Shown: positions 56,661-64,000 of the stretch, piece after piece
Position numbering within the stretch: position 1 is the first letter of the stretch
How the letters are laid out: every line of letters begins with the position of its first letter
NCBI GenBank assembly: GCA_022823725.1
Contig: JAJEHL010000039.1
Span: forward strand, 7,632 to 71,631
Direction of reading: 5' to 3'
DNA from: Candidatus Latescibacterota bacterium
GTDB lineage: Bacteria > Latescibacterota > UBA2968
DNA: 64,000 bases
The notes under the pieces: generated by a model
Seen by the model: the letters and a program-made list of their open reading frames with translations, nothing else
What the model was told of the DNA's origin: nothing
The model's database searches: none
Translations under genes and position numbers: made by a program

Positions 56661-57905
56661 TCAGAATGTATCTTTTTGCGGTGTTGCACCATCGGCCACG
56701 TCGCGTTTCCAGGCGTCGATTGCATGGCACATTTGTTGGACGCGATGGGATTGTTGCGATGCGAGGTCGTTACTTTCCGATATGTCACGGGATAGGTCGA
56801 ATAGATGCGGCGTGCCTTTTTCGATTACGAGTTTGTACTTGTCGTCGCGCATGGCAAGGCCATTCCAGAACAGTTGTCGGGCACCGGGTTCGCTCTCGTT
56901 CAGGAGGGTGGATTTGAGGCTGATGCCGTCAAAGTGATTGTCTGGCGCAGGTGCTCCTGTGAGGTCGCACATGGTGGGAAAGAGGTCGATGCTGATGGCG
57001 AGTTGGTCGGTGACGCTGTTGGGAGCAATTGTTCCGGGCCACCATGCAATGGCGGGGACGCGGTGGCCGCCTTCCCATACGGTGCCTTTGTTCCCGCGCA
57101 ACGGTGCATTGGATTCGGGATTTTGACGGGTGCCGCCGTTGTCGGAAAAAAAGAAGACGAGGGTGTTTTTCTCAATGCCGAGTTCTCTCACTGTGCCCAT
57201 AATTTCGGCCAGGCTGTCGTCCATGGCTTTCATCATCTGGCAATAGGTTTCTCGGGGGTCGTCGGGATGAAAGTTTGCTTTTTCCGGACCGCGAATGGCG
57301 GGATCATCTGGTCCCTGCAAGGGGGTGTGTACGGCTTCGTGTGCAACGTAGAGGCAAAAGGGCGTGTCTTTGTGGTCTTTGATGAATTGTACCGAATGCT
57401 GGGTGATGAGATGCGTGGTATATCCCTCTTCTTCGATGTGTTCGAGGCCCTCCCACCAGTCGTACACTTCCATACGGTCGTAGTGCGAGATGTAGTCGAT
57501 GTTGCCGCTTACATATCCGCGAAAGCGGTCAAAGTCGTGGTGCATGGGATTGAATTTTTTGTCGTATCCGAGGTGCCATTTGCCAAATATGGCAGAGGTG
57601 TAGCCAGCTTTTTTGAGCAGTTTGGGAAAGGTGATTTCAGAGGGGTACAATCCCACATAGTGGTCGGCGCTTTGGGGATTGGCACCGATCACTTTGGGCA
57701 CGCCAGCGCGCTGTTGATAGCGTCCGGTGAGCAGTCCGGCGCGCGTGGGGCTGCAAACCACACCGCTGGAATGAAAATCGGTGAATTTAAGCCCTTCGCG
57801 GGCCATTTGTTCCATTGCGGGCGTGTCGATCCAGCCCCCGTACGCACTGGAATCCCCATAGCCCATGTCGTCGGCGAGTACGATGATGATGTTGGGTTTG
57901 TTCAT
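56661..57905 (-). CDS. sulfatase (formylglycine-dependent, Cys-type)
   Basis: ...IIIVLADDMGYGDSSAYGG... and the CSPTRAGLLTGRY sulfatase signature 1 are present, along with a downstream GKWHLG motif. Confidence 0.85.
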   Translation of the reverse strand: MNKPNIIIVLADDMGYGDSSAYGGWIDTPAMEQMAREGLKFTDFHSSGVVCSPTRAGLLTGRYQQRAGVPKVIGANPQSADHYVGLYPSEITFPKLLKKAGYTSAIFGKWHLGYDKKFNPMHHDFDRFRGYVSGNIDYISHYDRMEVYDWWEGLEHIEEEGYTTHLITQHSVQFIKDHKDTPFCLYVAHEAVHTPLQGPDDPAIRGPEKANFHPDDPRETYCQMMKAMDDSLAEIMGTVRELGIEKNTLVFFFSDNGGTRQNPESNAPLRGNKGTVWEGGHRVPAIAWWPGTIAPNSVTDQLAISIDLFPTMCDLTGAPAPDNHFDGISLKSTLLNESEPGARQLFWNGLAMRDDKYKLVIEKGTPHLFDLSRDISESNDLASQQSHRVQQMCHAIDAWKRDVADGATPQKDTF

Positions 57906-57909
57906 ACGT

Positions 57910-58710
57910 TCAATTCACTTCATTCATTCTAAAGCCGGACACAATGGTGCTGTCTTTGCGTTCCAAGATGTTGTTGGGATCAATGCGGTAGGGGTCGTCT
58001 TCTGCGCGGCCCACGGGTTGCATCTGGGTGCTGTGGTAGCCGAAGCGCACGGATTTTCGCCATTCGTTGGTGCGGTTACAATCGGACCAGTGAATGATCT
58101 GATAGCTAAAGAAGATGACGTCTCCGGCGTTTGCCGGGATTAAGATGGAGTCGATTTTGTCGGGGTGGTACTCATCTGGGGGCAGATGAGGAGAGGTGTC
58201 TGGACCCAGGACGTGAACGAGCGGGCCCTTTTTGTGGCTGCCGGGTACCACGCGCAAGCACCCGCTTTCTATTGGGGTGTCGTCCAGGTGGAGCAGGCAA
58301 TCGACAAAGTCGGGACCGTCGTGCGGATAAAAGGGATAGTCCTGGTGCATGGGAAAAGGCGTGCCGAGTTCTGGTGGTTTGGCATGGAGTACGGTGTGGT
58401 GCCACTGAACGGTGTCGCGGATCAGGTCTTCTACACAGCCGACGAGTCGTTCGTTGAAGATGGCACGCCCCCAGGTTGCGGAGTAGAATTGGGGATTGTG
58501 CATGAAGACGGCTTTGGTGTTGAGACGTTCGTCTTTGGGCAGGTATCGATCGCGCCAGGGGCCCCGCCAGCCAATGGTCTCATTGCCCCAGTTTTCGATG
58601 ATGCGCACCATTTCCGAGCCGAGTTCGGCGGTTTCTTCAGGTGTAAAGAGCGCTTCGCATTTGAGATATCCATTTTCGTGGTAGAAGTCGATTTGTTCTT
58701 GTGTCAACAT
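57910..58710 (-). CDS. phytanoyl-CoA dioxygenase (PhyH) family Fe(II)/2OG oxygenase, second paralog
   Basis: MLTQEQIDFYHENGYL... parallels 52135-52923, and ...HQDYPFYPHDGPDFVDCLLHLDD...VPGSHKKG... The start is set at the internal ATG matching the paralog N-terminus; the track ORF extends to 58806. Confidence 0.7.
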   Translation of the reverse strand: MLTQEQIDFYHENGYLKCEALFTPEETAELGSEMVRIIENWGNETIGWRGPWRDRYLPKDERLNTKAVFMHNPQFYSATWGRAIFNERLVGCVEDLIRDTVQWHHTVLHAKPPELGTPFPMHQDYPFYPHDGPDFVDCLLHLDDTPIESGCLRVVPGSHKKGPLVHVLGPDTSPHLPPDEYHPDKIDSILIPANAGDVIFFSYQIIHWSDCNRTNEWRKSVRFGYHSTQMQPVGRAEDDPYRIDPNNILERKDSTIVSGFRMNEVN

Positions 58711-58873
58711 GGCGTCCTCCAAATATAATAACGCAAGAGAACAAGGGATTTGCAAGGATCTCCCCCAGTCCCTACGTCTCCCCGTTCTCTTGCGTGATTT
58801 TTTCAATTATTGCATTGGCCCAATATAGCATGATAGATGCGTTAAAAAAAGTAAAATTCTGCGTTTTAGACCC

Positions 58874-60118
58874 TCATTTTTTGGGAATTTGAATGGCCGC
58901 ATTGGGAAAAACGGCAACGCGGGCATTATCGGGCAATTTTACAATGAGTTGGTTGAAGAGCGTGTCCCAGTCGCGGAAGAGGACACCGTCGGGGTTGCGT
59001 TTGTAAAATTCGTCAACCGGAAAGTTTTCAGACCACATCAGGGTCTGGTGCGGACCTTCGATTTTGGGTTCGGGGAGTTCTTGCTGGGGCTGTTCAGATT
59101 TTAGTTTGCAAAATCGCGCGTAGTCTATTTCGTCGTATAATCCGTGGTGACATATTCCATCGGTGGCGGGATTGATGGCGACTTTGTAGGCGTTTTTGAA
59201 CAGCCGAAGCGGCCAGAGTGCTTTGCCAGCTTGAACGGGGTCGTAGTCGAGTGGATAGCAGTTGGCAATGACGAGGTCAGGCTCTGTTTCTGGTGCCTGG
59301 GTTGCGTAGGTTTTTAGTGCGAATCGGGCACCGGTACGCTGCGCCTGGATGAAGTCGCCCACAAATACACCGGTGATCTCGCGTTTGTGGTTGAGTGTTA
59401 CATTGACGACGGCATCGAGGCCCAGGACTTTTGCGACTGCTTCGGCGGCGTCTCGGTGGTCGGGTTCGTCGCCCTGTCGTTCAATATTGGCGTGTCCTCG
59501 GCTTGCGTAAAAGGTGTGGAAGTAGAACATGGTGGCAAAGCCCGATACGCCCGGTAAAATGAGTTTGGCACCGCCGCCAAAACCCACGTTGCCGTGGGGA
59601 TAGATGCCGCCTACGCAGAGCTTGAGGTCGGCATCTGCGACAACTCTGTCTATGTAAATGGGGAGGCCGCTGTCCAGGCTGCCCAGTGCGCGGAGGTCGC
59701 CGCTCATGAAGTTGTGGTTCGTGACTTGATATGCGCGGGCGATGTTAGCCCCTACTTTTTTGTCGATTTCCTCCGCGTCGATTGGACGATGAGAGCCTCC
59801 ACCTACGACAATGCGGATTTGGTTTTTTGGTATGCCGGCTGTGTCGAGTTCTTTGAGGACATAGGGGATGAGTTCGGCAGCGGGTGTGGGACGGCTCAGG
59901 TCATCGACGATGATTGCGGCGCTGTTTTTCCCTTTGGCGAGTTCTGAAATCCGCGGTGTGCCGATGGGGTTGTCAAAGGCGGTTTGGATCTGGTCTGCGG
60001 TGACTTGAGGACATTCCTGTGGACCAAAGGTTTCAACTATCCAGCCTTTGGGAAAGGTGATGGTGAGGGCTTCATCACCCGCCCATGCGCGGGTGTGTAT
60101 TGTGGCGGTGTTGGTCAT
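58874..60118 (-). CDS. LarA-family nickel-pincer-nucleotide-dependent racemase/epimerase homolog
   Basis: ...AAIIVDDLSRPTPAAELIPYVLKEL...IRIVVGGGSHRP... matches the LarA N-terminal (DUF2088) signature. 414 aa, typical LarA size. Confidence 0.6.
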   Translation of the reverse strand: MTNTATIHTRAWAGDEALTITFPKGWIVETFGPQECPQVTADQIQTAFDNPIGTPRISELAKGKNSAAIIVDDLSRPTPAAELIPYVLKELDTAGIPKNQIRIVVGGGSHRPIDAEEIDKKVGANIARAYQVTNHNFMSGDLRALGSLDSGLPIYIDRVVADADLKLCVGGIYPHGNVGFGGGAKLILPGVSGFATMFYFHTFYASRGHANIERQGDEPDHRDAAEAVAKVLGLDAVVNVTLNHKREITGVFVGDFIQAQRTGARFALKTYATQAPETEPDLVIANCYPLDYDPVQAGKALWPLRLFKNAYKVAINPATDGICHHGLYDEIDYARFCKLKSEQPQQELPEPKIEGPHQTLMWSENFPVDEFYKRNPDGVLFRDWDTLFNQLIVKLPDNARVAVFPNAAIQIPKK

Positions 60119-60347
60119 TGTTTCCTCTTTTGTTTTTGTCCGATCAGATTGGATTTTTGCGTGGTAGTTTCAGGTTGCAGCACATTATAAAACACTGTCG
60201 TTGAGTACACAAGAACTTTGCGGTGAAAAAAGTTGGATTTCCAGCCCGATATTGGTCTGGATGTGAAGATTTTTTGGAAACTTAAGAAAAAGCATCTTGT
60301 CTAAATCTGTGCTGGGGAAGCTGATTCAATTTAAAAAAGGGGAGGCC

Positions 60348-62774
60348 ATGTTAAGAAATTATCTGACAGTCGCTTTTCGCAATCTGTTTCGGCAAAAGGT
60401 TTATTCATTTGTCAATATAGCGGGATTGGCGATTGGCATAGCGACTTGTGTCTTGATTTTGAGTTTTGTTCGCTTTGAACTCAGTTATGATACGTATCAT
60501 GAAAAGGCGGACCGGATTTACAGGGTTGCACATGACCGTATAGCTGTAGATGGACAGGTTGTGCCAACGGCGACTTCCCCACCGCCATTGGCTCCTGCCT
60601 TACGAGCCGAATTCCCCGAGGTTGCTCAGGCCGCCAGATTCGTGCGCGGGTCATCTGTGATCTTTCATGAGAATAACCGCTTCCAAGAGCAGATCCTTTT
60701 TGGGGATGCATCGGTTTTGGAGGTTTTTGATTTTCCCATGATTGAGGGAGACCGACATACGGCGCTTCAGGCACCCTATTCTGTCGTGCTTACCGAGAAG
60801 GCAGCACGCAAGTATTTCGGTACAAAAAATCCTGTGGGGCAGGTTCTCACATTTGTAACGCCTGTCTTGCAAAACCATTACACAGTGACGGGGATTATAC
60901 GGGAAGTTCCGCGCAATTCTCATTTTAGATTCGATATTTTGGCTTCGTATGCGAGTTTACATGAGAGAGGCGCGACAAGTGCTATTCTGAAGAATTGGCT
61001 GTCCAATCCGTTGCTTTATACCTATGTGGTTCTTCCGAAGGGATATTCGCCCGATGAGCTTGAGGATAAATTTCCCGCGTTTGTGAAAAAATACATGGGG
61101 GAGGCGCTGGCAGAGCGTGGATTGGGTGTGAGATTTTTCTTGCAGCCCCTTACGAGAATCCATCTCTACTCGCATTTAAGTCACGAGATCGAGCCGAATA
61201 GCGATATTGTTCACGTCTATGTCTTCACCGCTCTCGCCTGTTTCGTGCTTTTGATCGCGTGTATCAATTTTATGAATCTTTCGACGGCGCGCTCTGCTGC
61301 GCGTGCGAAGGAGGTGGGTATAAGAAAGGTCGTAGGAGCTTATCGCTTGCAATTGATCCGACAATTTATAGGTGAATCTGCACTGCTGGCATTTATTGCG
61401 CTTTTGTTTGCGGTCTCCCTTGTCGAACTTTCACTGCCTTTTTTCAATAGTTTGATCAATCAACAATTGGTCGTTGAATACACCAGTATCTCTGCGATAT
61501 TGGGTTTGGCCAGCGTCGCGCTTATTACGGGTATTGTCGCGGGAAGTTATCCGGCGTTTTTTCTTTCGGCATTTCAACCTGTGGCGGTGTTAAAGGGAGG
61601 GCGGCATGCAGGTTTTCAAACTTCGCGCATCAGACAATTGCTCGTGGTTGTCCAATTTGCCATTTCAATCGCGTTGATTACAGGTACGAGCGTTATTTAC
61701 TCGCAAATGGCGTATGTGAAAGACAAGGACCTGGGGTTTGAAAGGGCGAACGTTATTTCTTTGCCGCTTTTCAGACAGCGGGATCTCCGCGCAAAATACG
61801 AATCAATCAAGGCAGACTTTTTACAGAGTCCCGATCTCCTGAGTTGCGCGCTTTCATCTCGTGTACCTGTGCCAACGCGATCAACGGGATTTCCACTTAT
61901 CAGACGGCCGGTGCATCCGGAAGGCGTGCAGGGTGAAATGCAGGTGCCAGGCTATGCGGTTGATCACGATTTTATAAAGACGCTTGGGATTGAGATACTT
62001 GAGGGGAGGGATTTTTCTAAGGCTTTCACAACCGATGAATCCGAGGCTGTTATTGTAAACGAAACAGCGGTTGAGTACTTTGGCTGGGGTTCGCCCAAAG
62101 AAGCTCTTGGTAAGGAATTGATTTTGGTATTTCGGGATAGCCGACCGCGTACTGTCATAGGCGTGGTGAAGGATTTTCACGTTCAATCTCTCTATCAGCA
62201 GATTGAACCGATGTTCTTGCATATTTCGCCGAGTGGCGGTCATTATCTTTTGGTACGAGTTCGTCCCAATCGGAGTTCGGATGCGCTGAATTTTTTGAAG
62301 GAGAAGTGGGCGTCCTATGTTCCCTATTCTCCATTTGAATACGCATTTTTGGACGATTATTTCGAACGCCAGTATCGCGCAGATGAACAGCGCGGCAAGA
62401 TGCTCGGCGGTCTGACGGCGCTGGCTATTTGTATCGCGTGCCTCGGTTTGTTTGGTCTGGCTTCTTATATAGCGGAACAGCGCACGAAAGAGGTTGGGAT
62501 TCGGAAGGTGTTGGGTGCATCAGTCGCGAATATCGTGCTGCTGTTTACAAAGGATTTTGTAAAGCCCGTTATTCTGGCAAATCTCCTCGCCTGGCCAGTC
62601 GCCTATTACGCGATGAGCGGCTGGCTCCACAATTTCGCCTATCGCATTGATCTGAGTATTGGGTTTTTCATTTTGAGCGGGGTGCTGACGCTGATCATTG
62701 CGCTGCTGACGGTGGGCTGGCAAGCAGTTAGAACTGCGGGCGCCAATCCTGTGGATTCTTTGCGGAGTGAGTGA
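60348..62774 (+). CDS. ABC transporter permease, MacB-like double-FtsX (large periplasmic domains), no adjacent ATPase
   Basis: MLRNYLTVAFRNLFRQKVYSFVNIAGLAIGIA... opens the protein, which has two FtsX signature regions (...LSTARSAARAKEVGIRKVVGA... and ...AEQRTKEVGIRKVLGAS...) and about 8 TM helices. Confidence 0.8.
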   Translation: MLRNYLTVAFRNLFRQKVYSFVNIAGLAIGIATCVLILSFVRFELSYDTYHEKADRIYRVAHDRIAVDGQVVPTATSPPPLAPALRAEFPEVAQAARFVRGSSVIFHENNRFQEQILFGDASVLEVFDFPMIEGDRHTALQAPYSVVLTEKAARKYFGTKNPVGQVLTFVTPVLQNHYTVTGIIREVPRNSHFRFDILASYASLHERGATSAILKNWLSNPLLYTYVVLPKGYSPDELEDKFPAFVKKYMGEALAERGLGVRFFLQPLTRIHLYSHLSHEIEPNSDIVHVYVFTALACFVLLIACINFMNLSTARSAARAKEVGIRKVVGAYRLQLIRQFIGESALLAFIALLFAVSLVELSLPFFNSLINQQLVVEYTSISAILGLASVALITGIVAGSYPAFFLSAFQPVAVLKGGRHAGFQTSRIRQLLVVVQFAISIALITGTSVIYSQMAYVKDKDLGFERANVISLPLFRQRDLRAKYESIKADFLQSPDLLSCALSSRVPVPTRSTGFPLIRRPVHPEGVQGEMQVPGYAVDHDFIKTLGIEILEGRDFSKAFTTDESEAVIVNETAVEYFGWGSPKEALGKELILVFRDSRPRTVIGVVKDFHVQSLYQQIEPMFLHISPSGGHYLLVRVRPNRSSDALNFLKEKWASYVPYSPFEYAFLDDYFERQYRADEQRGKMLGGLTALAICIACLGLFGLASYIAEQRTKEVGIRKVLGASVANIVLLFTKDFVKPVILANLLAWPVAYYAMSGWLHNFAYRIDLSIGFFILSGVLTLIIALLTVGWQAVRTAGANPVDSLRSE

Positions 62775-63237
62775 ATTTATTGATACCAGTGGGCGTACAG
62801 GATTTTGAGCTTTTCCATTCAGATTTTGAGCAATCTGTCGATCACCAGAGCCGTTATCGCGACATGGTATTGAGTAGTCTCCAGCTCTCGTCATCGCGGC
62901 AGGTCCCCTGCTTAAATCATACAGGGGCATGCGTTAGCCGCGATCCAGTGATTTTCGCCTGTCATCGTGGCATGATAAGAAGTACATATCTTTCACCATA
63001 TCACTCATTTATTGCTCAAAATTTACACTTTTGTTGCCAATGCTTGAGCTTCGCTTCAACAGACGATCCACAAATTCGAGTTGTAAATAAGAGCGCAATA
63101 CTGCATATTGAAAGCATAATGAGGTGTCTGCATTTCTGACAAGCCTCCTTTTATCGCTCAATTTTATGATCTTGGCCTGATATTTGCTACTGAGTGAACT
63201 GGATAGTCAAGTTATCCTCGATTCATGGAGGTAGAAG

Positions 63238-63648
63238 ATGAATATTTCTACAATTGATATGCTGCAGGTCCTGGACGAGCCAGCATTAGTGGAAGGACGA
63301 TTGATGGAGGTGAACTGGGCTTGTGGCACGGCGGAGTTGCACGACATGCCGCAACGGGTCGTACCGTTGTGTTTCGATTCAGCGCTGAACGACGACATGC
63401 GTCGGCTGGCGACACAGTATGTCGAGATCAGAGGCCGCGGCCGTTTTAACGACAATGACGAATGGGATGTTATTTATGTGGAGCAGGTAAACAGCACGCG
63501 GTCGTGGTCAGAGCCGTTTGACCTCGAAGCGTTTCGCAACGACCCCAATCCGAAGATTTTTGACCCTGATAAAATGGTCACCATTGACTTGACACAAGAA
63601 GAGTGGGAGGCTTTCAACCGCACGCTATGTGAAGGTCGGAATACCTGA
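63238..63648 (+). CDS. hypothetical protein, candidate cognate antitoxin of downstream VapC (atypically long, 136 aa)
   Basis: The stop TGA overlaps the ATG of the PIN-domain gene (cTGAtg). It has an acidic C-terminal half and no recognised DNA-binding motif. Confidence 0.35.
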   Translation: MNISTIDMLQVLDEPALVEGRLMEVNWACGTAELHDMPQRVVPLCFDSALNDDMRRLATQYVEIRGRGRFNDNDEWDVIYVEQVNSTRSWSEPFDLEAFRNDPNPKIFDPDKMVTIDLTQEEWEAFNRTLCEGRNT

Positions 63649-64000
63649 TGCTTTCAAGTCCTTTGCCCATAGTTCTCGATACCAGTGTTGTCTCAATACT
63701 CATACGCCGAGCAGAATCGGCTACCTACTACCAGGAGCGCATCGCGGGACGACGTGCAGTCATTTCATTTCAGACACTGGAAGAGTTGTGGTTTGGTGCC
63801 TACAAAGGGAACTGGGGCGACAGGCGGAAGAATGCTCTACGGCAGATCCTTAACCTGTATGAGGTTGTATGGCCAAATTCTGGTCTGGTTCGTATCTCTG
63901 CACAACTACGTAGCGAACGAGAGCGTGTGGGGCGCAGGCTAAACACGGGAGATGCCTGGATTGCCGCGACCGCACTATTCCTGGCGTGTCCGCTTGCTTC
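63648..64000 (+). CDS. PIN-domain toxin (VapC family), 3'-partial at window edge
   Basis: MLSSPLPIVLDTSVVSILI... and ...TGDAWIAATALF... give the PIN acidic residues (D11, D~104). The frame stays open to the end of the window. Confidence 0.65.
   Translation, partial: MLSSPLPIVLDTSVVSILIRRAESATYYQERIAGRRAVISFQTLEELWFGAYKGNWGDRRKNALRQILNLYEVVWPNSGLVRISAQLRSERERVGRRLNTGDAWIAATALFLACPLA

Noticed and set aside
60348-62774. Orphan MacB-like FtsX permease as a novel system
   Set aside because: Double-FtsX permeases without an adjacent ATPase are common, since the ATPase is often encoded elsewhere. There is nothing unusual in the sequence.
1-64000. CRISPR arrays, rRNA and tRNA genes
   Set aside because: I found no direct-repeat/spacer periodicity and no rRNA-like or cloverleaf tRNA-like segments while reading through. 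I could not run a covariance-model scan, so short ncRNAs cannot be excluded.

Overview
Sixty-four kb from an apparently uncultured bacterium, roughly 55-60% GC, densely coding, with no rRNA, tRNA or CRISPR recognised. The sequence has three functional blocks.

(1) 624-13634, minus strand: a tightly packed operon of eight secreted or outer-membrane proteins. In transcription order:
- a FadL-like PorV/PorQ-type barrel;
- a PQQ-type sugar dehydrogenase carrying an N-terminal dockerin-like EF-hand repeat pair;
- a 996-aa M6-peptidase-like protein with FG-GAP repeats and a clear type IX secretion (T9SS) C-terminal sorting domain;
- a 1013-aa Omp85/BamA-type barrel whose POTRA region is replaced by an HExxH peptidase-like domain plus a TolB-like PD40 propeller;
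- two tandem paralogous small secreted proteins;
- an HExxH metallopeptidase with C-terminal dockerin-like repeats;
- a D-aminoacylase-type amidohydrolase.

(2) 19.0-40.8 kb, plus strand: an aromatic amino-acid biosynthesis supercluster. A Trp/Tyr/Phe-rich leader peptide and terminator hairpin lie upstream of trpE-trpG-trpD, followed by a Gfo/Idh/MocA gene, trpC, trpF, tyrS, a DmpG-like aldolase, trpB, trpA, chorismate mutase, DAHP synthase, tyrA, a C-terminal-half-only aroA, aroE, ubiE/menG, argS, aroK, aroB and purF. It is interrupted by a dockerin gene relic and two type II toxin-antitoxin modules.

(3) 44-60 kb: a catabolic island for sugar acids and sulfated or modified glycans. It holds mannonate dehydratase, an ACC-deaminase-family PLP enzyme, a DegT aminotransferase, an HpcH aldolase, a beta-helix protein, two PhyH dioxygenases, a sulfatase, a sodium:solute symporter (SSS), a clan GH-A glycosidase and a LarA-like racemase.

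A third TA module (partial VapC) lies at the 3' edge and a HigA-like remnant at the 5' edge. The T9SS tail, the PorV-like barrel and the dockerins point to an FCB-superphylum lineage (inference only). All calls rest on reading the translated ORFs, with no database search.
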